Positions 1-9,671 of a DNA stretch of 64,000 nt are shown here, in pieces. The stretch lies in IMG/VR virus record IMGVR_UViG_3300044715_001755, one strand, 5' to 3'. Source of the stretch: an uncultured virus (IMG/VR IMGVR_UViG_3300044715_001755) (Duplodnaviria > Heunggongvirae > Uroviricota > Caudoviricetes). Within the stretch, counting starts at the first letter, position 1. Each line of letters starts with the position of its first letter. A model generated the notes under the pieces. That model did not search any database, was not told the DNA's origin, and was given only the letters and a program-made list of their open reading frames with translations. The translations under genes and the position numbers were made by a program.

Positions 1-50
1 CAACAGGGAAACTATATACAACAAATATAGTAAAATAAAAAACAATAAAA

Positions 51-371
51 ATGGAGAATAACATCGAAACACAAGTGAACGAAATGGAACAAGTAAGCAT
101 GAACGCAGAACAACAAGCTAGATTAGGCCAAGCTGAATGGTGCTTCCAATTTGACGACGGAGAGCCAGTAATCTTTGCATGGAGCAGGGAGGAAGGTGAC
201 GTTGGCGATTTCGTTCTAAACGTTCCTGCTATAGCTGGAACAGCTGCAACCTTCAAGTGCCCTAGTACAGGAAAAACTTTCTCTATCGTAGTAAGAGAAA
301 TGAGTGAGGATACAAAGGCAGATAGGGACAGAATGCTACAAGAGGAGTCTGCTGAATCAGAAGCTAAGTAA
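51..371 (+). CDS. hypothetical protein
   Basis: 106-aa ORF, A-rich leader, followed by terminator hairpin. Confidence 0.75.
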   Translation: MENNIETQVNEMEQVSMNAEQQARLGQAEWCFQFDDGEPVIFAWSREEGDVGDFVLNVPAIAGTAATFKCPSTGKTFSIVVREMSEDTKADRDRMLQEESAESEAK

Positions 372-387
372 TACAAAACAATCCATG

Positions 388-415
388 AAAAGTGCTTATT
401 TATAAGCACTTTTTT
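388..415 (+). terminator. intrinsic terminator
   Basis: AAAAGTGCTTAT-tt-ATAAGCACTTTT hairpin with T tail. Confidence 0.75.
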
Positions 416-443
416 GTGGGAAATAAATAGGTATATACTGATC

Positions 444-878
444 ATGAAGAATTCTTATTATTTCACAGTTGATGTTACGTCAAACAAAAAAAGCAATCCG
501 GAAGATCTGGAGAGTATAATAAATCTGCTTGAAGCGGATTCTAAGTCTAGCGATTTATTAGAGCCCATATTAAACAACATATCACTCAATTTTCAGAATT
601 ACATATCCATCAACATAGAGGATGAGGAATTCCCGGTTAATTACTCAGATCAGGTAGAGGAGATATGCAGCCTTCTTGAAAAATTTCTTCCGGGAGGATG
701 CACACTAGATTCGAGAATAGAGTGGGGATCCGATATGGATGATTTCAATTTACTATGGTTTCGAAATAAAGACTCATGGGAATCCTCCGAGGTAGAAAAC
801 GACCTTAGAAATTACGGGGAAAGTGATTGGGACGAGGATGGCTACAGCGAGGATGACACCAGGGAGTCTTATTGGTAG
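444..878 (+). CDS. acidic hypothetical protein (ATG 444 preferred over 414)
   Basis: ORF; upstream GGTATATA variant of the late motif. Confidence 0.7.
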   Translation: MKNSYYFTVDVTSNKKSNPEDLESIINLLEADSKSSDLLEPILNNISLNFQNYISINIEDEEFPVNYSDQVEEICSLLEKFLPGGCTLDSRIEWGSDMDDFNLLWFRNKDSWESSEVENDLRNYGESDWDEDGYSEDDTRESYW

Positions 879-949
879 GCCAACGATTTAGACTGGATAA
901 TTTAATAAAGTCCTAACAATATAATAGTAAGAAACCTATTATATAAGTT

Positions 950-1666
950 GTGGAAAAAATTGATTCTCTTTTTATTTCTGATGTTCATCTAGGCAGTAAA
1001 GGATCTAATGCCGAATACTTAAGAGAGGTACTTAAGAAGTACAAATTTAAAAAGCTTTTTATAGTTGGAGATTTTATTGACGGATGGCTTTTAAAAAAAA
1101 GACACCACTGGCCCGAAAGCCACACTAAGGTTCTTAAAAAGATACTATCGCTATCCAAAAAAGGTGTAGAGGTCAATTACATAACTGGTAACCACGACGA
1201 TTTCTTAAGAGAGTATGTTCCGCTTAATTTTGGTAATATCCACGTCACAGACGAGGCTTTCTACAATGGATTTTTCATAACCCATGGTGATTTGTATGAT
1301 CCGATAGTTAAGTATGGTAAATTCATATCTGTTCTTGGTGCTTGGGGATATGAATTAGTTATAAATATAAACAAGGTAAATAATAGGATCCGTCTCTTTT
1401 TAGGAATGCAGCCATCTTCATTTTCTAAATTCGTAAAAGACTCCGTTAAAAAAGCAGCTAAGTATATTGGTCACTTCGAAGAAACCTTAACTGATGCTGC
1501 AGTTAAAAAAGGATGCACCGGTGTTATATGCGGACATATACACACTCCGCAGGATAAAATGATAGGTAGGATTAGGTATCTAAACTGTGGGGATTGGATA
1601 GAAAATAATTCTTATATAATTGAAAAATCTGGTATATTTGAAATAAGAACCTTTGAGAATGTTTAA
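950..1666 (+). CDS. UDP-2,3-diacylglucosamine diphosphatase-like (LpxH/YbbF) metallophosphoesterase
   Basis: ISDVHLG, VGDFIDGW, GNHD, THGD, CGHIH, NCGDW motifs. Confidence 0.85.
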   Translation: MEKIDSLFISDVHLGSKGSNAEYLREVLKKYKFKKLFIVGDFIDGWLLKKRHHWPESHTKVLKKILSLSKKGVEVNYITGNHDDFLREYVPLNFGNIHVTDEAFYNGFFITHGDLYDPIVKYGKFISVLGAWGYELVININKVNNRIRLFLGMQPSSFSKFVKDSVKKAAKYIGHFEETLTDAAVKKGCTGVICGHIHTPQDKMIGRIRYLNCGDWIENNSYIIEKSGIFEIRTFENV

Positions 1667-2372
1667 CCTGTCTGTTGTAATACCGTGCAAAAATGAGGGT
1701 GAGGATATAACTATCCTGCTTGATGATCTTTGTAATCAGAGATGGGTTAGAATAAATGATATTATAGTAGCAGACTGTTCCACAGATAACACCAGATCTA
1801 TAATAGATCTACATTTCAAAAGAGATAGTTTCCAGGGAATAAATTGTAAAATAGTACAGGGTGGGTTACCCGCAGAGGGTAGAAATAAAGGATTCTCCCT
1901 AGTTAGTGACTCAGAATATGTCGTTTTTATAGATGCTGACATGAGGATAAAAAATGGATTCTTACTGCATGATCTCATCCAGAAAATGGAAGATAAAGAA
2001 CTAGATCTGACTAGCTGTAGGGTCAAAAGTTTCGACGGTAAATTTAATTGGATGTATAGATTAAAGGATCTGTCACATATCATAACAGGATGGTCATCTC
2101 CCTTTGCCATCGGGGGGTTCATGCTATTCAGATCTGAATCTTTCTCTAATTTAGGTATGTTTGACGAGGAAATAGTATACGCTGAGGATTACTACCTAAG
2201 CAAAGAAGTAGACCCTAAAAAATTCTCAATACCATTTTGGGCCATCGTTTACACTTCCAGCAGAAGATTCTCCAAGAAAAAACCAATATGGATGATTAAG
2301 ATGGCCATAAGAAGTTTCATCAATCGTAATAACAAGGAATTTTTTATGAAGGACTGGGGATACTGGGACTGA
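1659..2372 (+). CDS. glycosyltransferase family 2
   Basis: SVVIPCKNE, VADCSTDNT, GRNKG, FIDAD, FDE...AED, TSSRR. Confidence 0.85.
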   Translation: MFNLSVVIPCKNEGEDITILLDDLCNQRWVRINDIIVADCSTDNTRSIIDLHFKRDSFQGINCKIVQGGLPAEGRNKGFSLVSDSEYVVFIDADMRIKNGFLLHDLIQKMEDKELDLTSCRVKSFDGKFNWMYRLKDLSHIITGWSSPFAIGGFMLFRSESFSNLGMFDEEIVYAEDYYLSKEVDPKKFSIPFWAIVYTSSRRFSKKKPIWMIKMAIRSFINRNNKEFFMKDWGYWD

Positions 2373-2377
2373 AGCTA

Positions 2378-2773
2378 TTAAGCTTTAGAACTTTTAGCTT
2401 CTTCCACTATCTTCATATCCCCGTTTCTGTCTATCATCAGAAGATTATATTCTACTAATCCGAATTGATTCAGGTGCTCCAGTACTGTTTCGGAAAGAAA
2501 CGGTTTGCATGAATAGATGTCAAATTGGAAATCCCCCGGTGTTACCGAATCCCATATATGGATAGAGGCATGAGAAGTTGAAAGAACTATCGTACCGGTT
2601 ATTCCTTCGTTTCCTGGATGATCGCAGTAAACAGAATTTGGTCCTGCTAGAACTTCCATGCCTACTTTATGTACAAGATCTATGAGCCACTGGTCTAATA
2701 CTTCTGTGCTTTTTGTTGGGTTGCTAATTTTTCCTTTTACTAATAGGTGTTGGTGGAAAGGTTCAAACTTCAT
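2378..2773 (-). CDS. speD: S-adenosylmethionine decarboxylase proenzyme (SpeD/SpeH-like)
   Basis: HLL near N-terminus, GITG...LSTSHASIHIWD self-cleavage region, FDIYSC. Confidence 0.8.
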   Translation of the reverse strand: MKFEPFHQHLLVKGKISNPTKSTEVLDQWLIDLVHKVGMEVLAGPNSVYCDHPGNEGITGTIVLSTSHASIHIWDSVTPGDFQFDIYSCKPFLSETVLEHLNQFGLVEYNLLMIDRNGDMKIVEEAKSSKA

Positions 2774-2804
2774 TTTTTTAAAAATTTTTGATAAATATTA
2801 TACT

Positions 2805-3458
2805 ATGAAAAAATACACACTATTTATCTTTTTATTTTTTATCCCTTTTTTATCTCTAACACAGGTATTGCAATGGGATACAGTTGTCTACAATAATGGA
2901 TACGCTTCTTATTTTTCTAATAAGTACAGAAATCCGGTTATGGTAACATACAAACTCTATAAAGGCGGAGGACCTTGTAAGAGAGACAAATTCTCATTTA
3001 AGAATGATCTCAAGATACCTGCTGCAACAACAAAGGAGTATTCAAAAAGCGGATATGACAAAGGGCATCTTGCAAATGCAGAGGACTTTGCTTTTAACTG
3101 TGAACTTGATGAATTAACTTTCAGATATTACAATTGCGTTCCTCAGAGACCTGAACTTAATAGAGGCATGTGGAAGGTAACCGAGGAGGAGATTAGAAGG
3201 ATATCCCAGAGGGATTCTCTTCTCGTTATTTGTATAAACGAATTTAGACCTGGCTATAGCATGATGGGTGGTGTTTCTGTGCCAACCGATTGTATAAAGA
3301 TAGCAAGATCTCTTTCAAACGGTGAGACCTATGTGTCTAGGACATTCGTGAATTCATCTAGTCCGTCCCAGTTTGAATTGCCAAAAAATTATCTGGAAAG
3401 GTATTATCATCTCAGTTTCTCTGATTTAAAAGGGAAACTTAAATTAGTTTTGCACTAA
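2805..3458 (+). CDS. DNA/RNA non-specific endonuclease (NucA/EndoG family) with signal peptide
   Basis: YSKSGYDKGHLA, TFRYYNCVPQRPELNRGMW; hydrophobic N-terminus from ATG 2805. Confidence 0.85.
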   Translation: MKKYTLFIFLFFIPFLSLTQVLQWDTVVYNNGYASYFSNKYRNPVMVTYKLYKGGGPCKRDKFSFKNDLKIPAATTKEYSKSGYDKGHLANAEDFAFNCELDELTFRYYNCVPQRPELNRGMWKVTEEEIRRISQRDSLLVICINEFRPGYSMMGGVSVPTDCIKIARSLSNGETYVSRTFVNSSSPSQFELPKNYLERYYHLSFSDLKGKLKLVLH

Positions 3459-3468
3459 TTATATAGAC

Positions 3469-4197
3469 ATGAGAATAGTAGCTATATCAGATACACACAC
3501 GAAAGAAAGGGAATTATCCATACCTGATGGGGACGTATTGATACATGCTGGCGATTTTACTTACAAGGGTAGAAAGGACGAGATAAATGATTTCCTTGAT
3601 TGGTTTCTGGATCTTCCCCATAAGCACAAAGTATTTATAGCGGGAAATCATGATGTTACGCTAGACCCTTATATTAGAGGCACAAGACAAAGCTTCTTCG
3701 GAGAGGATGACGATTCACACTGGATACATTCAGATTTCTTTGATAGAATAAGGAAAAACAAAAACGTCCACTACCTGGACAATTCCGGGGTTAACATAGA
3801 AGGATTGAATTTCTGGGGATCTGCTGCTACCCCTACTTTTGGATACGGTTGGGCATTTAATTATGACCGGGGTCCTATGATAGACGCTATCTGGGAAAAG
3901 ATGCCAGAAAATATGGATATCCTTATAACTCACGGGCCACCCTTTGGAATACTAGATGCTGTAAAATATGGATCAGACATGGGTGTTGGGTGCAGCAATT
4001 TATCAGGTAGGATCTCTGAAAGAAATATAAAAGCTCACTTTTTTGGTCATATACACGAATCTTATGGTCATGTTTTGGATAACGGTACTCATTATTTTAA
4101 TTGTTGCTCTCTGGACGAGAGTTACTATCCATCTAATATGCCATGGGTACTGGAGGTGGAGAATGGCGAGATTGTATCTTATAGCAACAGGATTTAG
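3469..4197 (+). CDS. calcineurin-like metallophosphoesterase (MPPED/239FB-like)
   Basis: ISDTH, HAGDFT, AGNHD, LITHGPP, FGHIHE. Confidence 0.85.
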   Translation: MRIVAISDTHTKERELSIPDGDVLIHAGDFTYKGRKDEINDFLDWFLDLPHKHKVFIAGNHDVTLDPYIRGTRQSFFGEDDDSHWIHSDFFDRIRKNKNVHYLDNSGVNIEGLNFWGSAATPTFGYGWAFNYDRGPMIDAIWEKMPENMDILITHGPPFGILDAVKYGSDMGVGCSNLSGRISERNIKAHFFGHIHESYGHVLDNGTHYFNCCSLDESYYPSNMPWVLEVENGEIVSYSNRI

Positions 4198-4208
4198 ATA
4201 AAAGGAAA

Positions 4209-4216
4209 GATATATA
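4209..4216 (+). promoter_or_regulatory. GATATATA putative late-promoter motif
   Basis: exact motif recurring before many CTS-like genes (see findings). Confidence 0.65.
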
Positions 4217-4235
4217 GTTAAATAAAAATTTAAAA

Positions 4236-4685
4236 ATGGGAAAAGTTTTGACATTTGAGGATTTCTCCAAAAAGAATCCATCACTATCAGGAGAAAAAAA
4301 CAATGCTGCATTAGAAGGTCACACACACGATACCGAATTAAAGCATTATATGTTTTTTCAGAATCTATCAACAGTTAAACATTATCTAGAGGAGATAATG
4401 GCTATGGATAAAAATAAAGTAGATGCCCTACTGTCAGCTGGTCACGATTGGGCTATCGACCATCTTTCAACTTCAACAGATGACCTCGCAGAGGTTACAA
4501 ACTGGCTAAGAGGAGAAATGGAAGAGACAGCAGAAGAACCGATGGGTGCTGAAGTTATTTCTACCGAATTTATAACGGAGCCTGCTGAAGACGAGAAAAC
4601 AGAATTGGAGATGATGGACGACGAAAAAGAGGAAGAAGAGGATGAAAAAGAAGACGAAGGGGAAGGCGAAGAAGACGAAGAATAA
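4236..4685 (+). CDS. acidic-tailed protein with CTS-like N-terminus (putative head-internal protein)
   Basis: MGKVLTFEDF; Glu/Asp-rich C-terminus. Confidence 0.65.
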   Translation: MGKVLTFEDFSKKNPSLSGEKNNAALEGHTHDTELKHYMFFQNLSTVKHYLEEIMAMDKNKVDALLSAGHDWAIDHLSTSTDDLAEVTNWLRGEMEETAEEPMGAEVISTEFITEPAEDEKTELEMMDDEKEEEEDEKEDEGEGEEDEE

Positions 4686-4775
4686 TTTTACCCCCTGGGG
4701 TAATCTTTATGCCTATGACAACTACGTCACCTCTGTCAAGAGATTGATCTTAGAGTCACCCAATAATACAGATAT

Positions 4776-4804
4776 AAAAAAACCGGAGTAATCCGGTTTT
4801 TTTT
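4776..4804 (+). terminator. intrinsic terminator
   Basis: AAAAAAACCGGA-gtaa-TCCGGTTTTTTT. Confidence 0.8.
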
Positions 4805-4840
4805 GTGGAATAAAATAGTGGAATCCGAATATGATACTAC

Positions 4841-5479
4841 ATGGAGACAAAATTCGGAGACACCTTCTTTGAAAGTATGGAAAAATTAATAAACCGTCAA
4901 AGATGGTATTGGAAGACTTGGGACTTTTTCAGATATGACATACCAAGATTTTTCCGTAATTTTTGGTTGTTCCGTAAGAACTTATGGAATCACACTTGGT
5001 ACAATGGCGATGGATCCATCTTGCCTTGGGTGAAAACTGCGGTTGATGATATGGCCTGGAGGATTGAAAAAAACGGGCATGAGGTTGAAGAAAGTCGTAT
5101 GAAGAAAGTTGCAAAGATGAGACGGCTATCTTATTTGATTGATGTGTGTGTGAATGACTCGTTTATTGAGGAAGCTGAGAAAGAACTTGGGTTTGAGTAC
5201 GTTTATCGGGACTTTGAGTTTGAAGAGATTGAAGGCAGGACTTACGATAATCCATTAGGTGAGAAGAACGAAAAGTTATATCAACTTAAGGATAACGAAA
5301 CCCCGGATCAAAAAGAAAGGAACGAGAGACTCCTTAAGAGATCCCACGAGATACAAAAGGAATACTGGGAAGAGTTATGCGCAATTATCAAAGGTCCTGA
5401 CTATGATGCAATGAGAGCTTCTGGTGAAGATTGGGATGTGAAGTACGACGGAAGTGATTTAAGAGCTTGGTGGGATTAA
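4841..5479 (+). CDS. phage hypothetical protein (C-terminal WWD)
   Basis: 212-aa ORF ending DGSDLRAWWD. Confidence 0.75.
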   Translation: METKFGDTFFESMEKLINRQRWYWKTWDFFRYDIPRFFRNFWLFRKNLWNHTWYNGDGSILPWVKTAVDDMAWRIEKNGHEVEESRMKKVAKMRRLSYLIDVCVNDSFIEEAEKELGFEYVYRDFEFEEIEGRTYDNPLGEKNEKLYQLKDNETPDQKERNERLLKRSHEIQKEYWEELCAIIKGPDYDAMRASGEDWDVKYDGSDLRAWWD

Positions 5480-5515
5480 AAAATTAAACAATGAGTAAAA
5501 ATTAAATCGAAAATT

Positions 5516-6427
5516 ATGGTTAGAATAATTAGCACACATTTGGGTGATCCGAGGTTCATATATTACCAAAAGATGTTATTAGATAAATTCATAAGTGATG
5601 AATTTGAATTTATCGTTTTCGATGACAGTGACAACACCCGAAATAGCTTCAATAAAAACACAGACAGCTCCGGGAATTACGGATCGGATAGCGTGGAGAA
5701 AATATGTAAAGATTTATCAATTAGAAGAATATCTGTTCCAATAAACGTGCACGATAACCCATCTCTTGTACATAAAGACCCCAGATTTATAAATAACGAC
5801 CCCTGTGGGTGGTGCGCAAATTCCGTTCAGTTTTCGGTTAATTGGTGCTTTGAGAATCTTAGTGATGATGATATAGTTCTGAGTATAGACGGGGACATGT
5901 TCCCAATAGCCCCAGTTGATTTGATTTCTTTTTTGAGTAATTACAGCTTAGCTGGAGTCTCACAGCAAAGAGATGAAATTGAATATGTTTGGAATGGTAT
6001 ATTTATATTTAAGATTGGAGAAATAGACAAAGAATTTTTCCAATGGAGTCCAATACCTAAATGTGACGTTGGAGGTATGATGAGCTACTATCTACAGAAA
6101 AATCCAACATATAGAAAAATACTCCATCTTTGGTCTATGACATGGAACACCGAAAGAATTGTAAGTGTAAATGATCAGGGTGTGCCGCCGCATATAGTAG
6201 ATTTTTTACGGGATCTGGACTATCAAATACCTGATCCTATTTTGGAATTCTCAAAAAAAGATCCCAGAAATATAAATAGAAACGGCGAGGAGTTATTCTT
6301 TTCCGAAATATATCACCCGGGATTCCTCCACTATAGGGCATCGGGAAATTGGGATGGTTACAATTCACACGAGAAAAGAAAGAATATGTTATTTAATTCT
6401 TTTGATTTAATATTGAAAAATGAATAA
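5516..6427 (+). CDS. putative GT-A fold glycosyltransferase
   Basis: FIVFDDS, LSIDGDMF (DxD), WNGIFIF, DVGG, FLHYR. Confidence 0.55.
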   Translation: MVRIISTHLGDPRFIYYQKMLLDKFISDEFEFIVFDDSDNTRNSFNKNTDSSGNYGSDSVEKICKDLSIRRISVPINVHDNPSLVHKDPRFINNDPCGWCANSVQFSVNWCFENLSDDDIVLSIDGDMFPIAPVDLISFLSNYSLAGVSQQRDEIEYVWNGIFIFKIGEIDKEFFQWSPIPKCDVGGMMSYYLQKNPTYRKILHLWSMTWNTERIVSVNDQGVPPHIVDFLRDLDYQIPDPILEFSKKDPRNINRNGEELFFSEIYHPGFLHYRASGNWDGYNSHEKRKNMLFNSFDLILKNE

Positions 6428-6761
6428 CTGGATTCAAGGGATTCTTTGGGGTATAATAGCTCAGATCTGTACTTTCTATCAATTTCAAGGTCCATTTAAA
6501 TACCAATGGATGAGAGATAATATATGGATCCTGTTGTTAGGCGGGATACCAGTATCTTTCTTTTATATGTCATCGGTGAAGCACCTAACATTGGCTTTCG
6601 GTGGGGAACTTTGGCCAAGCCGACTAATAGGATTTGTTATAGGTGTTACCGTCTACACTTTCATGTCGATAGCTCTCTTTGACGAGCCACTGAAAACTAA
6701 AACCCTTATATGTTTGGGACTAGCTTTTTTAATTCTAATGATACAGCTTTTTTGGAAATGA
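6420..6761 (+). CDS. small multi-pass membrane protein
   Basis: about 4 hydrophobic segments. Confidence 0.7.
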   Translation: MNNWIQGILWGIIAQICTFYQFQGPFKYQWMRDNIWILLLGGIPVSFFYMSSVKHLTLAFGGELWPSRLIGFVIGVTVYTFMSIALFDEPLKTKTLICLGLAFLILMIQLFWK

Positions 6762-7210
6762 GAATTGTAATTTTAACTTTATTCCTCCTTCTCCTGTCTG
6801 AGTTATCTTTTTCTCAGACTTGCTTATACAAGGGCAACTCCACCTATTCTTCTGATTGTATAGGGAAAGTGTCTGCTGATAAGATTTACATCGGTCCGGG
6901 AGCTTACCCATCCAATTGTAAGTACACATTTACGAGTTCGCAAATATATCTAGGGAATTCAACTTATTCATCTGACCTTATTTATAGGATCAATGAAAAT
7001 AAAGTTTATCTGGTTATAAACGGTAGATCACATCTTATCTATACAATATACGGAAATAGGATTTACCTAGGGGATACCCACGTATCGAGCCAATGCATTT
7101 ATACGGTTAAGGACAACAAAGTTTACCTTTCTGATAGCTCCTGCTGTATTGCTTCTTTTGATGGTCCGGTTAGCATTTTCGTCATAGCCTGTATACTGGG
7201 GCCTTACTAA
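6758..7210 (+). CDS. secreted short-repeat beta protein
   Basis: signal peptide then repeats of YxGNSTYSSDxIYxIxxNKIY type. Confidence 0.65.
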   Translation: MRIVILTLFLLLLSELSFSQTCLYKGNSTYSSDCIGKVSADKIYIGPGAYPSNCKYTFTSSQIYLGNSTYSSDLIYRINENKVYLVINGRSHLIYTIYGNRIYLGDTHVSSQCIYTVKDNKVYLSDSSCCIASFDGPVSIFVIACILGPY

Positions 7211-7223
7211 TAAAAATAGAAAC

Positions 7224-7718
7224 ATGGAAAAAGAACCGGTTTATAAAATTTCAAAATCAAAAAAAGATCAAATAAAGGACGAGATCACAGATCTTAATAT
7301 CAAAATGCTCCGTGATGGAGGTATGGTAATGAGATCCACCTGGATATGCATGACGAAGGACCTCGGCGTTCATAATAATGCTTTCGGTGGAATACTTCTA
7401 TCACACGTGGATGAAATAGCAGCTTTCTTTGCTTCCGAGATATGTGACACCCCATTTATGGTTACAAGATCACTAGCAAGCGATTTCTTAAAACCGATGA
7501 AGGTTGGGAATGTCATAAAAACTTACTGCGGGATTGAATCAATAGGTAATACCTCAATCACCGTTTTAGTTGAGATGAGAAAATATAATCTCCGGAATGA
7601 TGCGGAGATTGTCTGCCTAAGAGCTAGAGCAACTTTCGTTAGAATAGACGGTGAGGGCTCAGCTATACCAATTTCAGAAGCAATCAAAGAAAAATACGTA
7701 ACAAGAGTTAAAAAGTAA
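7224..7718 (+). CDS. acyl-CoA thioesterase, hotdog fold (YciA-like)
   Basis: DLGVHNNAFGGILLSHVDE, FLKPMKVG, GNTSITV, TFVRID. Confidence 0.8.
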   Translation: MEKEPVYKISKSKKDQIKDEITDLNIKMLRDGGMVMRSTWICMTKDLGVHNNAFGGILLSHVDEIAAFFASEICDTPFMVTRSLASDFLKPMKVGNVIKTYCGIESIGNTSITVLVEMRKYNLRNDAEIVCLRARATFVRIDGEGSAIPISEAIKEKYVTRVKK

Positions 7719-7724
7719 AAGATA

Positions 7725-8285
7725 ATGAACATCTCACAAGAGGAATGCCTGGAGCTGATAGAAAAGTGCAAAAAAAAATGCAGGAATTCGGAGGAAAGAC
7801 TCTATAAAATCCTAAAGGATACAATTCATTCGGTATGTAGAAAATATGCGGGTGATCAACAGGAAGCTGAGGATATTGCGCAGGAGTGCTTTATAAAAGT
7901 ATTTACAAAAATCGGTGAGTATAGAGGTGATGGTTCCTTTCAAGGCTGGGTCAGAAGGATAGCAGTTAATCTTTCCATTACTGAATACACCAAAAGAAGA
8001 AAGATTGGCATACATGAAAACATTGAGAGCAGATTTGATATCCAAGACGACTCATTTGCTGAAATAGATTTTGGATGTACACAGGAAGAGATAGTCCAAT
8101 TTATAGGGGATCTGCCAAAGGGTTATGGGCAAGTTTTAAAACTTTATTTCTTGGACGGGTATAAGCATAAAGAAATATCCGAGATGCTTGGAATAAGCAC
8201 GAACACTTCAAAGACCCAGCTTTTAAGAGCAAGAAATGCAATCAGAAAAAATATGGAGAAAAAGGGATACTTTTTTAACTTTTAG
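7725..8285 (+). CDS. ECF-type RNA polymerase sigma factor
   Basis: EAEDIAQECFIKVF, SFQGWVRRIAVN, LPKGY...GYKHKEISEMLGISTNTSKTQLLRAR. Confidence 0.9.
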   Translation: MNISQEECLELIEKCKKKCRNSEERLYKILKDTIHSVCRKYAGDQQEAEDIAQECFIKVFTKIGEYRGDGSFQGWVRRIAVNLSITEYTKRRKIGIHENIESRFDIQDDSFAEIDFGCTQEEIVQFIGDLPKGYGQVLKLYFLDGYKHKEISEMLGISTNTSKTQLLRARNAIRKNMEKKGYFFNF

Positions 8286-8428
8286 ATCTTTATAAAAAAG
8301 TCATCGTTAAAGTCAGTTGTCTACATAATAGGAGCAATGGCTGTTATTAAAGCTCACAGGAAACAATAAGACACTTTGAGCATACAAAGATAATAACGCA
8401 GGAGGTATAAAACAATTAATCTAAAAAT

Positions 8429-8698
8429 ATGAGGAAAGAAAGAATGGAGCTTTTGAATTCGGAAGGTCCAATATTGGTAACAGAAAAAATTGTTACTTAT
8501 AGGATAGTAGACCAATTTAAGGAGGTGATAGCACATCTTAGCGAATCTGAGATGCAAGATTTTATTCACGGTGACATGAGGCTGATTGACTCAGAGGGTA
8601 GAGATTTTAAATACTCGGAGTATCCAGGTTCTATGAAACCGAATCTTAAAAAGCTAGACGAATTTATTGGTATTAACACAAACGGAAAAATTTACTAA
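8429..8698 (+). CDS. hypothetical protein
   Basis: ORF in co-directional string. Confidence 0.65.
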   Translation: MRKERMELLNSEGPILVTEKIVTYRIVDQFKEVIAHLSESEMQDFIHGDMRLIDSEGRDFKYSEYPGSMKPNLKKLDEFIGINTNGKIY

Positions 8699-8699
8699 G

Positions 8700-9671
8700 A
8701 TGAAAAATAGAAGAATTAAAGAACTATTAGAGGAGCATGATATTATGTTAACTCCAGATGAGCGCACTGTTGATAAAGAGGGGACAAGCTCTTTCTCGCA
8801 TTGCCAGTGGTCTATTTTGACAAATGACGAATTTGCACCTGCTCTATCTACAGTCAAAAAACTTCCGGCTGGGCTCTATGAGATAATATGGAATCAATCC
8901 ATGGGACAGGCCACCTTCAAGAAGCAGGCTATGAATATAGACGAGCTCTATCATCTGCCGTCTCCTGAGATACAGTCCATTCTAGACGACATCCAAACTT
9001 TCTGGAATAAGAGAGACCAGTACAAGAAGTACAACTTTGTTCACAAAAGAGGAATTCTACTATGGGGAGAACCCGGATGTGGAAAGTCCGGCATCATTCA
9101 ACTCTGCGTTAAAAGTTTAATTGAGAACGAAGGCGGTATAGTCATCAATATAAAGGACGAAGATGATTTTCGATTCTATGTCGACAACATATCAACATTG
9201 AGAAAGATTGAGCCCGAGAGACCCCTTATCGTTATACTCGAGGACATTGATGCTTTGGCTGGCGAGGACAGATACTCAACCACTAAGCTACTTAATGTGC
9301 TTGATGGTGTCAAGCAAATAGAGAACGTTGTCTATATAGCAACAACTAACTATCCTGATAAATTAGAGGAAAGAATTAGCAATAGACCATCCAGATTCGA
9401 CAGAAGGTTCGAGGTGCATATGCCCTCAGCAGAGATAAGAGAATCCTATATAAAGAAGAAGCTTTCCGAGGAGGATCTAAAGAAAATCGATCTGAATGAA
9501 TGGGTGGAGTTCTCGGAAGGTATGTCGCTTTCACACTTGAAAGAACTAGTGGTTTCCGTTGTGGTAATGGGAAAGGATTTAGAGGAGGCTAAGAACTCCC
9601 TTCTTGACATGAAGGAGTCACCAAAGATCAAAAAGAAAATGCCTAAAATAGGTCTTAATTCAAAAAAATAA
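8700..9671 (+). CDS. AAA+ ATPase
   Basis: GILLWGEPGCGKS Walker A, ILEDID Walker B, ATTNYP, RPSRFDR. Confidence 0.9.
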   Translation: MKNRRIKELLEEHDIMLTPDERTVDKEGTSSFSHCQWSILTNDEFAPALSTVKKLPAGLYEIIWNQSMGQATFKKQAMNIDELYHLPSPEIQSILDDIQTFWNKRDQYKKYNFVHKRGILLWGEPGCGKSGIIQLCVKSLIENEGGIVINIKDEDDFRFYVDNISTLRKIEPERPLIVILEDIDALAGEDRYSTTKLLNVLDGVKQIENVVYIATTNYPDKLEERISNRPSRFDRRFEVHMPSAEIRESYIKKKLSEEDLKKIDLNEWVEFSEGMSLSHLKELVVSVVVMGKDLEEAKNSLLDMKESPKIKKKMPKIGLNSKK

